Notes: generated by a model not told the origin, from the sequence alone. Shown: positions 11,936-24,283, numbered from the stretch's first letter. The stretch: 64,000 nucleotides of DNA from Nemertoderma westbladi (GCA_032718475.1 JAUCBJ010005958.1:1-64000), one strand, 5' to 3'. Made by a program: numbers and translations.

Positions 11936-12480
11936 CAGATGGTCAAAGGGTTTAACAGATTTATTTTGCGTTATACGCTACTGTTAAAGGGACATCACGC
12001 TACTATATGTATTATTTAATATACGGTATGAGAGCAATATCGCACGAAGCAATGTCAGTGTGAAGAGGCAAGTCGTTTCCAAGGTCTACCCAGAGCTTGG
12101 TTTAGCCGAGACACGAGGATCTGAACTTTGCATTCCTAATACTCTGCCTACCAATAATACTGAATATAGTAGTGGCTTTATTGTACTTTAGTAAGTACAA
12201 AGATTTCATCTTACTGTAGTCACGTATTGATAATGTAATACGGGCAGTAAGGAAAGAGAAAAAGAATTATTTCTCGCCGTCGCGCTAAATATATAATATA
12301 CGTAATTAAATAATAAACGCGAATATATATTGCACTAATCTACTAGATCGCTAAAATAACATTCTACTAAATAAAATTAAAGAAAACGATTATAATAAAA
12401 TGACATAATAATACATACATAATATAAAATAATAAAAATAAATATAAAATAATATAGTCACACACCCACTCCGTATGTTG

Positions 12481-15400
12481 TTACGTTATGGAGTCCCTAG
12501 ATATTTGTTGGATTAGGGAGGTGGTCGTGGGAAGATTATCTTGCCTTCCATAGTTTCCGGACAGTTTTCGGTCTCTTTCCGGTAAACATAAACGACCAGC
12601 TGGGCGATTGAGTGGTTGTGTTACTTTCTCCGCTCCCTTGGCCTGTCTAATCTTCACCGGGGTAAGATGAGGAGGCCATTCATCTTCTTTACTTAGGAAG
12701 TTGGGTCCACCTAACCGGTTTGGAGTATCTGTAAGTTCTTGAGGAGTTGCTCCTCTGGAAGCGATGTCGGCTAAATTGATCGTCTCGGGGCAATGTCTCC
12801 ATTGATCTTCATTGGAGTTGATGTCGTCATTATCTGAGGAGTGTGGTGTTCCCTCAGTTGGGTCGTCTCCCTCACTAGTATCATCTTCCCATTCACTTAC
12901 CTGGCAGACGCGATCTTGAGGTAGTCTTTCTCTGAGCGTTCTACGGGAAGGTCCAGTAAGGTACCAACCTACTCTAGTTCTTCCCGCATAAGCTTGTAGT
13001 GGTTGCGGTTGAGCAGGTCGTTTCTCCAATGTCTCCAGCGCCTCATGTGCGTTTTGACCGATTAATATTTGTACTCCAGGATAATCGGTGTCGAATCTAG
13101 GAATGTTAAGTTGTTGGGCATGATCATCTTCGTCCCAATTATAAGGTTCCACTTGGGTGGTAGCGAAGTTCTTTATTGCCACCATTTTGACTGACCTTAT
13201 ACTGTATTCTCCTAGTTTATCCTGTGGAGTGGACAACTCACCTATATAATAGTCGGCAGCCACAGCAGATTTCCAAACCTGCATGATCCCTGACATGTTT
13301 AGCTTGGTTCGGAACTTGGGTTGTCCAGCAAAGATGTCTTCGGCTAGTTCTTTATCGATGAATGTTCCTGTGCTGCCGGAGTCCAGGAGGGCGTTCACTA
13401 TATAGCTCTTCTGAGGTCCGTGGACCCGTAACTGGACTACAGGAAATTCTCGGATTCCTACATTTGAAGTTGGCGCTTTCCAAGATTGTTGTTGATCTGA
13501 AGTAGTTAGGGTGAGGTCGCTGTCTGTGTCTTTCTCATACATGAGTGCTCGATACACTGCGGTGGCGTTTATTAAGTAACAGGATTCGTTTTGGTCGGAG
13601 AATTCGTCCGTATAGAATCCTTCCATCTCAGATTGATCAGTGTCGTTCACATCACTGAATTGGACATGTAGTTCGGAATCACTCACCTGACTCGGACTAT
13701 TTCGCTCGAATTCAGTGTGCAACAAGATATGATGTTTCGCACCGCACTTTGCACACCTTGCATCGGAGTAACAGGTTCGCCGTTGGTGTCCTCGTCTGAG
13801 GCAATTATAACACAACCGCTTATCCCACATGACTTCCCGTCTCTCTTTTAATGATTTCTTTAAGAATTCATCGCACATATTCAAGCGGTGGGGCCCGTCG
13901 CACAGCACACATTTGGGTTTGATGTTACTTACTTTAACATGTGCTGTGTGGTGCACGTTCGTTCTTTCCTCGGGCTTTCTCACCTGAATTCTCTTGGGAG
14001 ACGTAGGAGGAGTTTTTCTTACCTGTTCTCTCCGGTCATTGGTTCGAGACTTGAATTTACTTACCTGGTCTTTAGGCATTTTATTTACGTAATAAGATCT
14101 TTCAGTGTCTTTCCCGCTATCCTCTCTTTGAGAAGTCTGGTTTTCGCCGTCGTCTGTATAACACACTGGTGTTACCCTTCTCCTAGAAACGGGTTTCTCA
14201 CTCACCTTGTTTTCCAGTGTCTTCTCTCTGGACTGCCTTAGGAGCTGTAATTTCACTTCTCCATCTAAGAATGACATGAGATCAGCCATGGTAGGGTCTC
14301 GTCGTTGTTGTTCCATCATATATAACACTTTCTTATCCCAGCGTGTACCTACTCCACCCTTCGGTAAAGCAGAAGCCACTGCTCTAATAACCATAGCACT
14401 CTGATACTCATGAGACTTACCTAGCCAATCTAATTGTCTGCAGATCTCCTGAATCTCATCGGAAAACTCTATAATTCCGCTGCTAATAAACTTTCGGGGC
14501 GCTACCAACTTTGCATACAAATACCCAGCTATGTTATTCCTATTACCATACCTGATGTTTAGTGTATCCCAAACTTGTCTTAATCCGTCTGGATGTCCAA
14601 TAAACTTTAACGCCATTAACTTGGGAGATCCTTCCAAGCACTCGATGAGGAATCTAAGTTTCTCTCCATTAGATAGTACAGAGTTCTGTATGTTATCTTT
14701 GTAATATTCATTAAAAGGTAACCATTTCATCTCATCTCCATTGAACTTGACGATCTCTCCCACCTTTACCGCTTGCCGGGCTTCGGTTCTAGCCATTTGA
14801 CGCGTAAAATTTTCTTGGGCCATCGTGTTATTTAATATCGAGTTATCGGTATATAAATTTCTTGGATTATGATCCGGTCTATAGGGAATATCATTATCAA
14901 CAGGTCTATAATTACCCTTAATAGGGTTCACTATAGGAGTTTCTACTTCACTAGCAGTATAGATGCGTGTAGGCTCCACACCTTGCGCATGAGATACTTC
15001 AGACCTAACAGGTTGACACATTGTTACAGGGGGTGGTGGTATACCCTTTTGTAAATTTACTAATTTATCGCGTTCTAGCGCGATACTTTGCTGCACTTCT
15101 TGCAACTCTAGCCTACTTTCCCTTACTGTGCCCTTTAACTGTTGAACAGTCCCTTCTAACTCTCGGACCTGTTGAGAGGAGCGTACTCGATTCTCCTCCA
15201 TCTTTGCGAGGAGAATGTCCATCCCCCGCCGTCTCTCGTCCACCCAATCAACCGCCGAAACGGTATCCGCCAACGCTGTAGCGGGCGGACGAGGGACAAC
15301 GGGCGACAAATCATGAATATTTCGCTCGGAGTCCAGGGCATGAACTGTCTCATGGGCTGTTCTGCTGGGCACAGGTAGCTTAGTGCTGTGCAAAGGGAAT

Positions 15401-16557
15401 TGAGAGGTAGGTTCAGGGAGTACAGGTGTCTCTATGACCGAAAGGGTGGCTTCGGGAACAGGCCTAACTATTTCAGGCTCATCTACTATAGTAGGGAGTC
15501 TCTCTATTGTAATTATTTGGTCTGTGGGTTCTGTACTACCTAAGTTGGTGTTATTTAGTTGTCTTCTAACAGCTGGAGGCAAATCAGACAATTTCTGACG
15601 GTGGAATGTTCTTTTACGTCTGCTTAGGTGAGATCTATTTCCTTTGCCTTCAGTGTCGGTGGTATCGCCTTCCTCAGATGATGTATAACCTTGTCTTTTG
15701 GGAGTAGATCGATTCATCATCTGCATATTACTAGCTGTTAACTGTTTATTAAAGTTGTCTTGTCTCTCTTGAAGATTTTCCAACTCTAGTTGGGTTGTCT
15801 CTTCAGATGCCCTCCGTTCTGCTTCTGCCACTGCTATTTTTCTTTCCGCTTCTGCTGCTGCCACTGCCGCTGCTGCTGTCTTTCTATCTTCTATACGTTT
15901 TTTCTTTACTTGTTCTTCTTGAACCTTAGCGATGCGGATACTTTCATCGAATTTAGCTTGGTTCGCAGCTAACATTTCCGCATCGATTGCGTCCAGCACA
16001 AGCTTGGTTCCTTCACTATTAGGGCTAAGCCCCTCCAGCCTTCTCCTCAACTCTTCATCTCCTACAAAGCGTTGATAGTCTGACAGATAGATGTCAATAG
16101 CATCCCTCTTATGCGGTTTCTCTGCTGTCACTTCGCTTTCTTCTTGAGAAGAAGTGGCGTCGGTTGATTCTTCATAGGTTGGCCGCTCATCATAAACCTT
16201 ATCCACCATCTTCGCTCCGCGTTCGGGCGTCCGCTCATCAGTATCCGAACTACTGGAGCTATCGGGCCGCTGAAAACTAGGTTCTTGGCTAGGATGTTGC
16301 TGCTGTTTGACAGCTGCTTCTTGATCCCGCTTGACTTGGGCCCGAGTGCCGATGATAGACCTACGATGTTGGACTAGCCTAGGATCTGACACTACTTCTG
16401 TAGGGATGGCCTTTCTCACAGCAGGAGGTGACTTAGACTTGGATCTAGGATGTTCTATACTTGGATCTGGGTCACTGATCTTTTTAAGACACTGTCTAAC
16501 AGTCATTCTAACACTATCTAGGAGACTATCCGACAGTGTTTGGGTCGTTTCAGACAT
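12481..16557 (-). CDS. BEL/Pao Gag-protease polyprotein with only remnants of RNase H and integrase C-termini (1358 aa)
   Basis: DUF1759-like gag core (KFNGDEMKW..LSNGEKLRFL..LEG..L.IRYGN), three BEL-type zinc knuckles (CVLCDGPHRLNMC, CYNCLRRGHQRRTC, CAKCGAKHHILLH), aspartic protease ALLDSGSTGTFI..ILIG..TRVGWYLTGP, then WRHCPETINLADIASRG..GPNFL..EDEWP and LNRPAGRLCL. No YxDD motif. Confidence 0.9.
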   Translation of the reverse strand: MSETTQTLSDSLLDSVRMTVRQCLKKISDPDPSIEHPRSKSKSPPAVRKAIPTEVVSDPRLVQHRRSIIGTRAQVKRDQEAAVKQQQHPSQEPSFQRPDSSSSSDTDERTPERGAKMVDKVYDERPTYEESTDATSSQEESEVTAEKPHKRDAIDIYLSDYQRFVGDEELRRRLEGLSPNSEGTKLVLDAIDAEMLAANQAKFDESIRIAKVQEEQVKKKRIEDRKTAAAAVAAAEAERKIAVAEAERRASEETTQLELENLQERQDNFNKQLTASNMQMMNRSTPKRQGYTSSEEGDTTDTEGKGNRSHLSRRKRTFHRQKLSDLPPAVRRQLNNTNLGSTEPTDQIITIERLPTIVDEPEIVRPVPEATLSVIETPVLPEPTSQFPLHSTKLPVPSRTAHETVHALDSERNIHDLSPVVPRPPATALADTVSAVDWVDERRRGMDILLAKMEENRVRSSQQVRELEGTVQQLKGTVRESRLELQEVQQSIALERDKLVNLQKGIPPPPVTMCQPVRSEVSHAQGVEPTRIYTASEVETPIVNPIKGNYRPVDNDIPYRPDHNPRNLYTDNSILNNTMAQENFTRQMARTEARQAVKVGEIVKFNGDEMKWLPFNEYYKDNIQNSVLSNGEKLRFLIECLEGSPKLMALKFIGHPDGLRQVWDTLNIRYGNRNNIAGYLYAKLVAPRKFISSGIIEFSDEIQEICRQLDWLGKSHEYQSAMVIRAVASALPKGGVGTRWDKKVLYMMEQQRRDPTMADLMSFLDGEVKLQLLRQSREKTLENKVSEKPVSRRRVTPVCYTDDGENQTSQREDSGKDTERSYYVNKMPKDQVSKFKSRTNDRREQVRKTPPTSPKRIQVRKPEERTNVHHTAHVKVSNIKPKCVLCDGPHRLNMCDEFLKKSLKERREVMWDKRLCYNCLRRGHQRRTCYSDARCAKCGAKHHILLHTEFERNSPSQVSDSELHVQFSDVNDTDQSEMEGFYTDEFSDQNESCYLINATAVYRALMYEKDTDSDLTLTTSDQQQSWKAPTSNVGIREFPVVQLRVHGPQKSYIVNALLDSGSTGTFIDKELAEDIFAGQPKFRTKLNMSGIMQVWKSAVAADYYIGELSTPQDKLGEYSIRSVKMVAIKNFATTQVEPYNWDEDDHAQQLNIPRFDTDYPGVQILIGQNAHEALETLEKRPAQPQPLQAYAGRTRVGWYLTGPSRRTLRERLPQDRVCQVSEWEDDTSEGDDPTEGTPHSSDNDDINSNEDQWRHCPETINLADIASRGATPQELTDTPNRLGGPNFLSKEDEWPPHLTPVKIRQAKGAEKVTQPLNRPAGRLCLPERDRKLSGNYGRQDNLPTTTSLIQQISRDSIT

Positions 16558-17869
16558 GTTTGTTTACACAGTTGAATGCCTACGGCTATAAATACAGTTA
16601 AAGCAAGTCTAGTAAGTCAGTATCACTGTTAGCCCAATAATTAATTACCGATACTGCTACTCAGTGGAGCGTGATATATATATAATATATTAGAATACCG
16701 GTATGCTTATAGTATATATAAGTATTATTACAAACTAGGTTTTCACAGAAACCGGTATATAATTTTAGCACAAATATATATAAATATATAATAGGCCTAT
16801 CGTGGATACCGGTATGCAGTTTACACTTATAGTATATATAAGTATAATTACAGACTAGAATTAATTACAGAATACCGGTATGATTTCAACCTAAAATTTA
16901 TAGAAATAAATATAATAAGCCTATTTTAAATACCGGTATGTCAATTATTTTAAATAATTGAATTTCTGAATTTTAAGGGTTACTTGGTTACTTTAACTTA
17001 CTTTATTACCGTTATTTAAGCAGTAGTCCAACTGATATTGAGACCTAATTGTTATATGGCAGGCCTACTATTTATAAATCGTTTGAGTTGATTTATAATA
17101 TATATATACCCGTTTTAATGGGTTTTGTCAATGTTTGAAATAAATGTTATTATTTCTGGGGAGTAATCACTACACAAAGCGGTGCGCTTTCAGTGAAGTG
17201 TTACTTATAGGACACTAAAACAAATAATTCTAATTTACCTAAGTTACTTAATACTACAAATTACGTACAATTCGGGTGAGATTACAATCTCTAAATAAAC
17301 ACAAAAATTTACAAAAAACACAAAATACGAATTTTCAGGGTAATTTTACAAGAAGTCTACAAACCAGCCTAACAAAGGGTTAGAAATCTGGTTATTACAA
17401 CGGACAGGTTACTACGGTTTTTGAAAATAATAAGTAGTAGTAAATATACTGCGCTGTCCAGATAGGAAAATACCACCGCCTGACGACCTATAGCCGTATC
17501 GCTATAGGTACTACGTTATGTATCACGGAGTGTTCCTACCTAGAAGTTAATAGAGCTAACGTACGTGCCTATCAACCACTTTACAACACAAATATAATGC
17601 CTACACAAATTACTCTCGGAAAGTACTGTACACTAAACCCTAAATTAGGTACAAGTACTTGTACAACAAATAATCAGTAGTTAAAAATACTTGAACAGCC
17701 AAAAGAACCACGGTATCTGCTGGAGTGACCGGTGCACAAAATCACCAGTCTTTACCTACGCCAAGCAGCCCGTATAGTACCGGGGTTAGTTTAACTATAA
17801 CGGTATGTATAACAAACACAATTACTGTAGGAATAAACTTGGGGATATGAATGTTGCGAATAATCGCAT

Positions 17870-18460
17870 AAACTCTGAATAATAAATATTACGCTACGCG
17901 TACAAACTACTCAAACAAAATGCAGACCAAATACTGACAGACTACTATCAAGCCTAAACAAACTACGGTATATGCAGACTCCGAAATGATTAAGTAGTAT
18001 GCGTTCTAACCCAGTAGTACGACTTATTCTTTAGATGGGGGTTTACCTTACAGCGATGGCTGCCCCTACTTCCTAACCGTTCTTTATCGGACAGATGCTT
18101 TGCACACACCGAAATTTCCTCAAACCCAACAACAGCCAGACAACTATCCAGCCTACAAATTATCTAAATAAAATTATACGCTACCCGTACAGACTACACA
18201 AACAAAGTACAGACCAAACGCTGGCGGACTCCTATCAGGCCTAAATAAACCACAGGACATGCAGACTCCAAAATGGTTAAGTAGTATGCGTTCTAACCCA
18301 GTAGTACGACTTATTCTTTAGATGGGGGTTTACCTTACAGCGATGGCTGCCCCTACTTCCTAACCGTTCTTTATCGGACATACACTCTACATGCACTGCA
18401 ATCCGTTCAGACTTAATCAACAGTTAGCCAACAGTCAAGCCTACAAATTATCTGTACAAT
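17870..18460. repeat. ~290-bp tandem duplication in the 5' UTR of copy B
   Basis: TAAGTAGTATGCGTTCTAACCCAGTAGTACGACTTATTCTTTAGATGGGGG occurs at about 17991 and about 18278. Confidence 0.85.
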
Positions 18461-18722
18461 CTGAGCAGGCTTACACGCCTTCTGCTCAATATTAACCTAC
18501 AAATAAATAAAACTTGACAGAAACAAGTAAAATCTCAATAAAAAACCAGGGCGGCCGTCCCTGATTAATTATTAAGGCCTACCGGTATATAATTATAAAA
18601 ATCGAATAATACTGCTGTACCTGTACTGTAAGTACCGGTTCGGATGATCAGGCAGTCAGGGCTACTGGTTACCGGTCGACCGGTACTTTCGACTAGATTG
18701 CTTACACCGCAATCCAGAAGCA

Positions 18723-18733
18723 ATATCTGTTAT
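18723..18733 (-). promoter_or_regulatory. PBS-position 11-mer ATAACAGATAT, complementary to LTR site 19458-19468 (putative self-priming site)
   Basis: Directly abuts the LTR CA end and is the exact reverse complement of 19458-19468 (also 8793-8803 in the 3' LTR). Confidence 0.72.
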
Positions 18734-19910
18734 TGTTTGCGCTTTTGAAGACCTTTGACAGTTTAACCTGCCAAAATTAGAATGTCTTTTGGATGATAGA
18801 TAGTCTTTAGCCTATGACGAGTATTTGATACACTACATTAGCCGAAGCCAGTCTATGCGCAATCATTCACCCGTTGGATATACCCGGGAGACTGAGTTCG
18901 GGGCTTAATGATTGATGGTGTAAGCCTACCGTATTATTCGACTGATCGTAATATATAATCTCTGACAAATATTATTAACTTTCGGGAAATATTAACAGTT
19001 CCTTTAGGACGTGGCGCTCTAAATATGTAAACAGAGTTATGGCTTAAACTAGTCACAACGAAAAGGCTATAGATTCACGTATATGGCGCATTCTTTAGGA
19101 GATGCTTTGTTATCAGTTACACTCATACACAATGCTGCACAATACTGCACACTAATCTGCCGACCTTCACTAAATTTGGTCACGTATAAAGAGAGTAACA
19201 GACAATACATGTCGGGCCTATAAAATAGCATGAGATTCACTTCAAACTACTTAACATAGGTCGCAATCGTTTATCTGTAACCGATCTCTCTAACCTTTAG
19301 TATATCAAGAAGATTGGGATGTCGGACTATTGATCAGTATTCCGATATAATATTTCATCAACAAATATAACGAATAATCAACAGCAAAGCAGTAAAGTTA
19401 AGGTATAAATGATTATTAAGTGAGTATAATTGGTTTGATTTGTATGTAAGTAGCTCGATAACAGATATACGTTCTATAATTAAGCCTACTAATGTAAAGC
19501 TAAAGACTGAAACACGGAGGTGCCAAAAGCCGATGTTCTCTGGCTCTGGGCAAATACAACACTGAATTCCTGAGTTTCTGTATCCACCTCCAACACAGAG
19601 GCAAAAAACGCTCTGATTGGTCAACTAAATCAACAAGAGAACAAAGAAACAAAGAAACGTCGACGTGGCAATATCAGCTGTTAGCCGTCGTCATGGTAGC
19701 GACACTGTTTTCAAGAGTATCTAGCTTATCGCGTCACGAGATTGCGGATTATGTCCTCTAAAGTACGAATACAGTACAAATACAGAAGAAATGACTTTTA
19801 TGTCCTCTAAAACACCAGTACAGCAAGGACACGGCCTTTTTATGCCTGGCAAACCAACTACAGAGTACTTTAAGGGAAAATAACCGGTTAATGACGCAAA
19901 AGCTTTTACA
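18734..19910 (-). repeat. 5' LTR of copy B
   Basis: Near-identical to 8069-9244 and followed by the TSD GGCCA. Confidence 0.95.
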
Positions 19911-21532
19911 GGCCAACAAATAGAAAGACAGACAGACAGACAGATAGACATGCAGGCAGGCAGGCGGAATGACAGACAATCTAGAATACATTAACGTTGA
20001 GACTGACATTATAAATGTGATCACTAAACAGGAAAATTCCTACAGTATGGCAAAATTGTACATTGCATGTGTTTCTTAATTTTGTCAGACTGACCGACTG
20101 ACAGACAAACAGACAGCTATAACTCGAGAACTAAAAGAGATCTCGCTATGTCGTTTTCAGTTTTGAAATTGCCATTAAATTTTGATACAGATTCCGTAAA
20201 AACAAGTTTTTGATTTTTTTAAATTTTGACCACAAACACGTGCCCTTAAATAATCTAAAACTGGTAATAAAATATACTTGCAAAAAAGTGACCAATATAA
20301 ATAGACCATAAGCGATCTTAAGGTAGACACCCAAAATATGAATAAGAAAATGAATCTTGGAAAAGGATGGCGCTATCGATTGAGATCGATCGATGAAAAT
20401 TATTGTTGTAATAAGTCCTTGAGTAAGTTAAAAATTAAATTAAGTAGTTAGTATTAGTATGTCTGTTTTTGCTGTCTGTTTTAGTCTGTTTTGGCATTCT
20501 TTTGATATTGCGACTACAGTAATGCGATTTCGCAAAAGGCAAACAAATCACTATAAGATTGAAGAATAACAGCAGTACGACTGGTGAAATATCGTCGGAG
20601 ATACTTTTTTTAAATGAATGGTCGAGTAGCTATAATATATATAACAAATAACCGAATGAGAGAAGGCTTTCACATTCAAACATTTAGCCCTCTAGCGGCA
20701 AACATTAGAAGTTTAGATTGAGTCCAGTCCCACGAAGAAGCAGCGAATTCATTCGAGTATATTGCAATATGAATATCAGTCAAAAATTATGCAATGGGGT
20801 TCACGACTCAATCGGACACTATCGATCACGAATCAATCGATCACGAACACTATCGGTTTTACTAGAATCTGGAACATTTGTGGGAGTGAGTTAAAGACTA
20901 ATTCCACAATTAGATCCGAACTAACTTGAGGTTACCTTTCTTGGTAACTGAAACATGGCGATTTTTATTCAATTCTCGTGGAGTAAATTTATACTGATAC
21001 ATCTCTATGCATCCCTTTATCTATCTGGAAGATTGTTTTCGCAATGAGGACTAGCTAGTGCTTTATCTCATTCTTTGCGGGCCTGATAGATAGTATAACC
21101 AAGGTGGCATTTTTGTATGTGTGGCATTCCTTGACTTTCATGAGACTCCGCTTAAGGTCTTGAAGATGCGGTGATCTCGTGAATGTTATGAGTGTTGTTA
21201 TGTTGTGCGAGATGTGGCGGCCCAATTGTTTTGATATGGTGTGGCATAGCATTATCAATGCTATGCCGTTTATAGATAGGAGGAATCTGGAAGATCTCAA
21301 GAGGAACTACATCAATACCTCATGTATACCTTATGCTGCTCCTGGTATTAAGGCCCCGGTAGCGCTACTTCAATCATTTTTTCAAAATTTTTTTTTAATT
21401 TCATCTAGAGCAGCATCTTTATCAAGATTCAAAATTTGAAAACCTTTTAGCAAGATCTGTCTTACTTCTCGAGATATTGCTGTCTGTTCGTTTTACTGTC
21501 GGTTTTTCCGTCAGTATGTCTGTCCGTCAATA

Positions 21533-24283
21533 CTACTAGTATCGGCATGGTGCATTATTCACTCCATGAGGCTGCCAAAGTACAAGATTATGCACTGGCT
21601 GGTCCTCACGGCGAAAGCAATGTCCTGCAAAGCGGAGGCGAGTTTGTTCTAGTGTCAAGCTTGGGGAACCAATGAGACACCTCCAATGTTATATAGTGTC
21701 TGGTTGGAGATGTTTGCATTGTACTTGACACAATGAACCCGGCGTAGCATTCTTGTGAATGTGCCATCCAGAGATTTGGTGTCCTCAGCAGTTAGAGCCC
21801 AGCATGGACTCCCATAGAGGAGTACTGGAACTACTGCTGCTCTAAATAATCGGACCTTAAGTTTCCGATTAATTCTCGGTGACTTCCAACTCCTGGAAAG
21901 CCTATTCAAGGCTGCCCATGCCTTTCCCTTACGTATTCGAAGGTCCTCACCTGACTTCCGGATCCATGATCCCAGGTAACAGAAGTCGTCCACATGCCCA
22001 AGCATACCATCCTGCAAGGTTGACACTGTCGATCACAAAAAACTAATATATATTATGGATAATTGTATTGGGGTTCGTGGGACGGCATTGGACTGGTTCA
22101 CATCTTATCTCCATGGACGAACACAAGGAGTCAGGATTGGGGAGTCTTATTCAAAGCACCAAGATATTAAGTTTGGATTACCCCAAGGATCAGTGCTTGG
22201 TCCACTACTTTTTTCGATATATACTCGTTCACTATCACAGGTAATCAGGAAATACGGTCTTTCTCTCCATTTGTATGCTGACGACACGCAGTTGTATATA
22301 TCATTCAAACCTATAAATTATGTGGATGCTGTAAGTATAACCGAAAATTGTCTCAGAGATGTAAGAATTTGGATGAAGGACCATTTTTTAAAAATGAATA
22401 CAGATAAAACCGAGGTACTATTACTGCAGTCACGATTTGGTGACCAAGTTGCCCCCATCAAAGTTAATATTGGAAATGATTTTATATCTAACAGCGATCA
22501 CGCACGAAATATAGGTTTCATCATGGACTCGCACCTTACCTTTAAAAAACAAATCTCCAATGTTGTACGAGACTCGTTCTACCATCTTCGGAACCTATCT
22601 AAAATCAAGCGATATCTCTGCAAACCCGACTTAGAAATCTTAATACATGCTTTCATTACAAGTAAATTGGATAATAATAATTCTCTTTATTATGGATTGC
22701 CTTCCAAATATATGAAAAAGCTGCAATATGTACAAAACTCTGCCGCGCGACTATTAGAAAGTGTCAAGAAGCGAGAACACATAACTCCCGTTCTAAAACG
22801 ACTTCATTGGCTCCCTATTATTAGACGGGTGGAATTCAAATTGGCAATGTTGTGCTATAAGTGTCTGAATGGCTTGGCACCGCACTATCTCAGCGACTTA
22901 TTGACGCCATACACACCCGGTAGAGAATTACGCTCGAGCGCGGGTAATCTTTTGGTAACCCCTCGGTACTCGCTAGAGAACTATGGCAGGCGCGCATTCT
23001 CCATTGCCGGGCCACGTGTTTGGAATTCACTACCTTATGGCGTGCGATCAGCCACCACATTGACAACTTTTAAATCGAAACTGAAAACTGTTTTATTTCA
23101 ACGCGAGTACCATGATGCGCCTTTTTAACTCATTTTAACTCATTGTATATATGTTTTTATGTCAACATGTTTTTACTGTTTTTTACCGTATTGTTAATTT
23201 TTATTCAAAAGCGCCTTGAAATATGCCTAGAAAGGCGCTATATAAATAAATATATATTATTATTATTATTAAGGATGAGCTTATGCTCATCCGACCAGAG
23301 ACTTGCTGAGACTTTCAAAGTTAACTGTCAAAATTTTGGTCTTTCTGGAGTTAATAAAAAGACCAACACTAGAAGCAGCATGTTCTAATGAGCTGAGGAG
23401 CCGTTGGGCTCCCTCTAGAGATTCTGAGAGTACTCCTAAGTCATCAGCAAACTCTAGATCAGTTAGGTACTTGGCAGGAATTCCTCGACTTCTGGAGCCA
23501 GTAGGTGGAGTTATCATCACCCCATCATCATTATGATGATCTAAGGACATGCGTAGAACATAGTCAACCACAATTATGAACAAGAATGGTGTAAGTGTGT
23601 CTCCCTGGAGGACGCCCCATAACACTTCAAATGGTCTGTGTCACCATCAACAGTAGACACAAATGTTGTCGAACCATCGTATACTGATCTGATTGCTGCA
23701 ATAATTTCATCAGGAATCCCATATAATGAAAGTATGCTGAACATACGTGAGCGGGAGACTGAATCAAAGGCCTTGAAGATGTCAACAAAGATAACTTCAA
23801 GTGTAGACAGGCAACTTCATGTCTTTCTTTTTTGATAACTATTCAATTATCCTTCTAAGTGCCAAAATGGGCTCCATGGTCCCACGACCTTTACGAAACC
23901 CATTCTGATTTCCACGGAGCAGTCTCTCAATGGGATCCCTGATGCGATTTAATCGAATTCTATTGTATAGCTTTGCAGCAATCGAGATCAATGAGATTCC
24001 CAGAAAAGAACAATAGAGTGTTAGGTTGCCCTTCTTGGGAACTGGCACCTTACTTATTTGTTTTCATTTCTTGTGGGACTCTTGTTGTTCGGTACATGTC
24101 TACTATGATGGGATAGATGAGCTCTAAACACTCAGGTATTTTAAAGACCTCAGGGGAACACTATCTACTCCACTGGCACGATTGGTCTTAATGCTCTTTG
24201 CAGCAGCCTTCACTTCTGCAAAGGAGATATCGCCAATGGGAATATCTGGGAGAACAGACTCAGACACTTTTACTTCTATAATA
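21533..24283 (-). mobile_element. RTE-clade LINE fragment (family 1), frameshifted
   Basis: PVPKKGNL, QNGFRKGR, GVLQGDTLTPFLFIIVVDY, DLEFADD, FCYLGS, LLYGSPCW motifs. 11-bp TSD GTCCGTCAATA (21522-21532, 24284-24294). Confidence 0.9.
22014..23271 (+). mobile_element. 5'-truncated L2-type LINE inserted in the RTE; RT C-terminal ORF 22055-23128 is open
   Basis: DTVDH, GLPQGSVLGPLLFSIY, LYADDTQLY, HITPVLKRLHWLP, AGPRVWNSLP motifs. 3' stem-loop AGCGCCTT..AAGGCGCT and (TAT)n tail. Confidence 0.92.

Larger units (their letters stand above)
8069..19910 (-). mobile_element. complete BEL/Pao-type LTR retrotransposon, copy B, non-autonomous (no RT/integrase)
   Basis: 1176/1177-bp LTRs, 5-bp TSD GGCCA (8064-8068, 19911-19915), PPT-like GGGAGCGG, BEL/Pao gag-protease ORF. 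Confidence 0.95.
6948..20245. mobile_element. Kolobok-like non-autonomous DNA transposon, host of LTR copy B
   Basis: TIR GGGCACGTGTTTG / CAAACACGTGCCC with TTAA on both sides (6944-6947, 20246-20249) and purine-purine termini. Confidence 0.7.

Noticed and set aside
18700-18716. TGGATTGCGGTG.. as a displaced tRNA PBS in copy B
   Set aside because: 17 nt from the LTR, absent in copy A, and buried in a hairpin.
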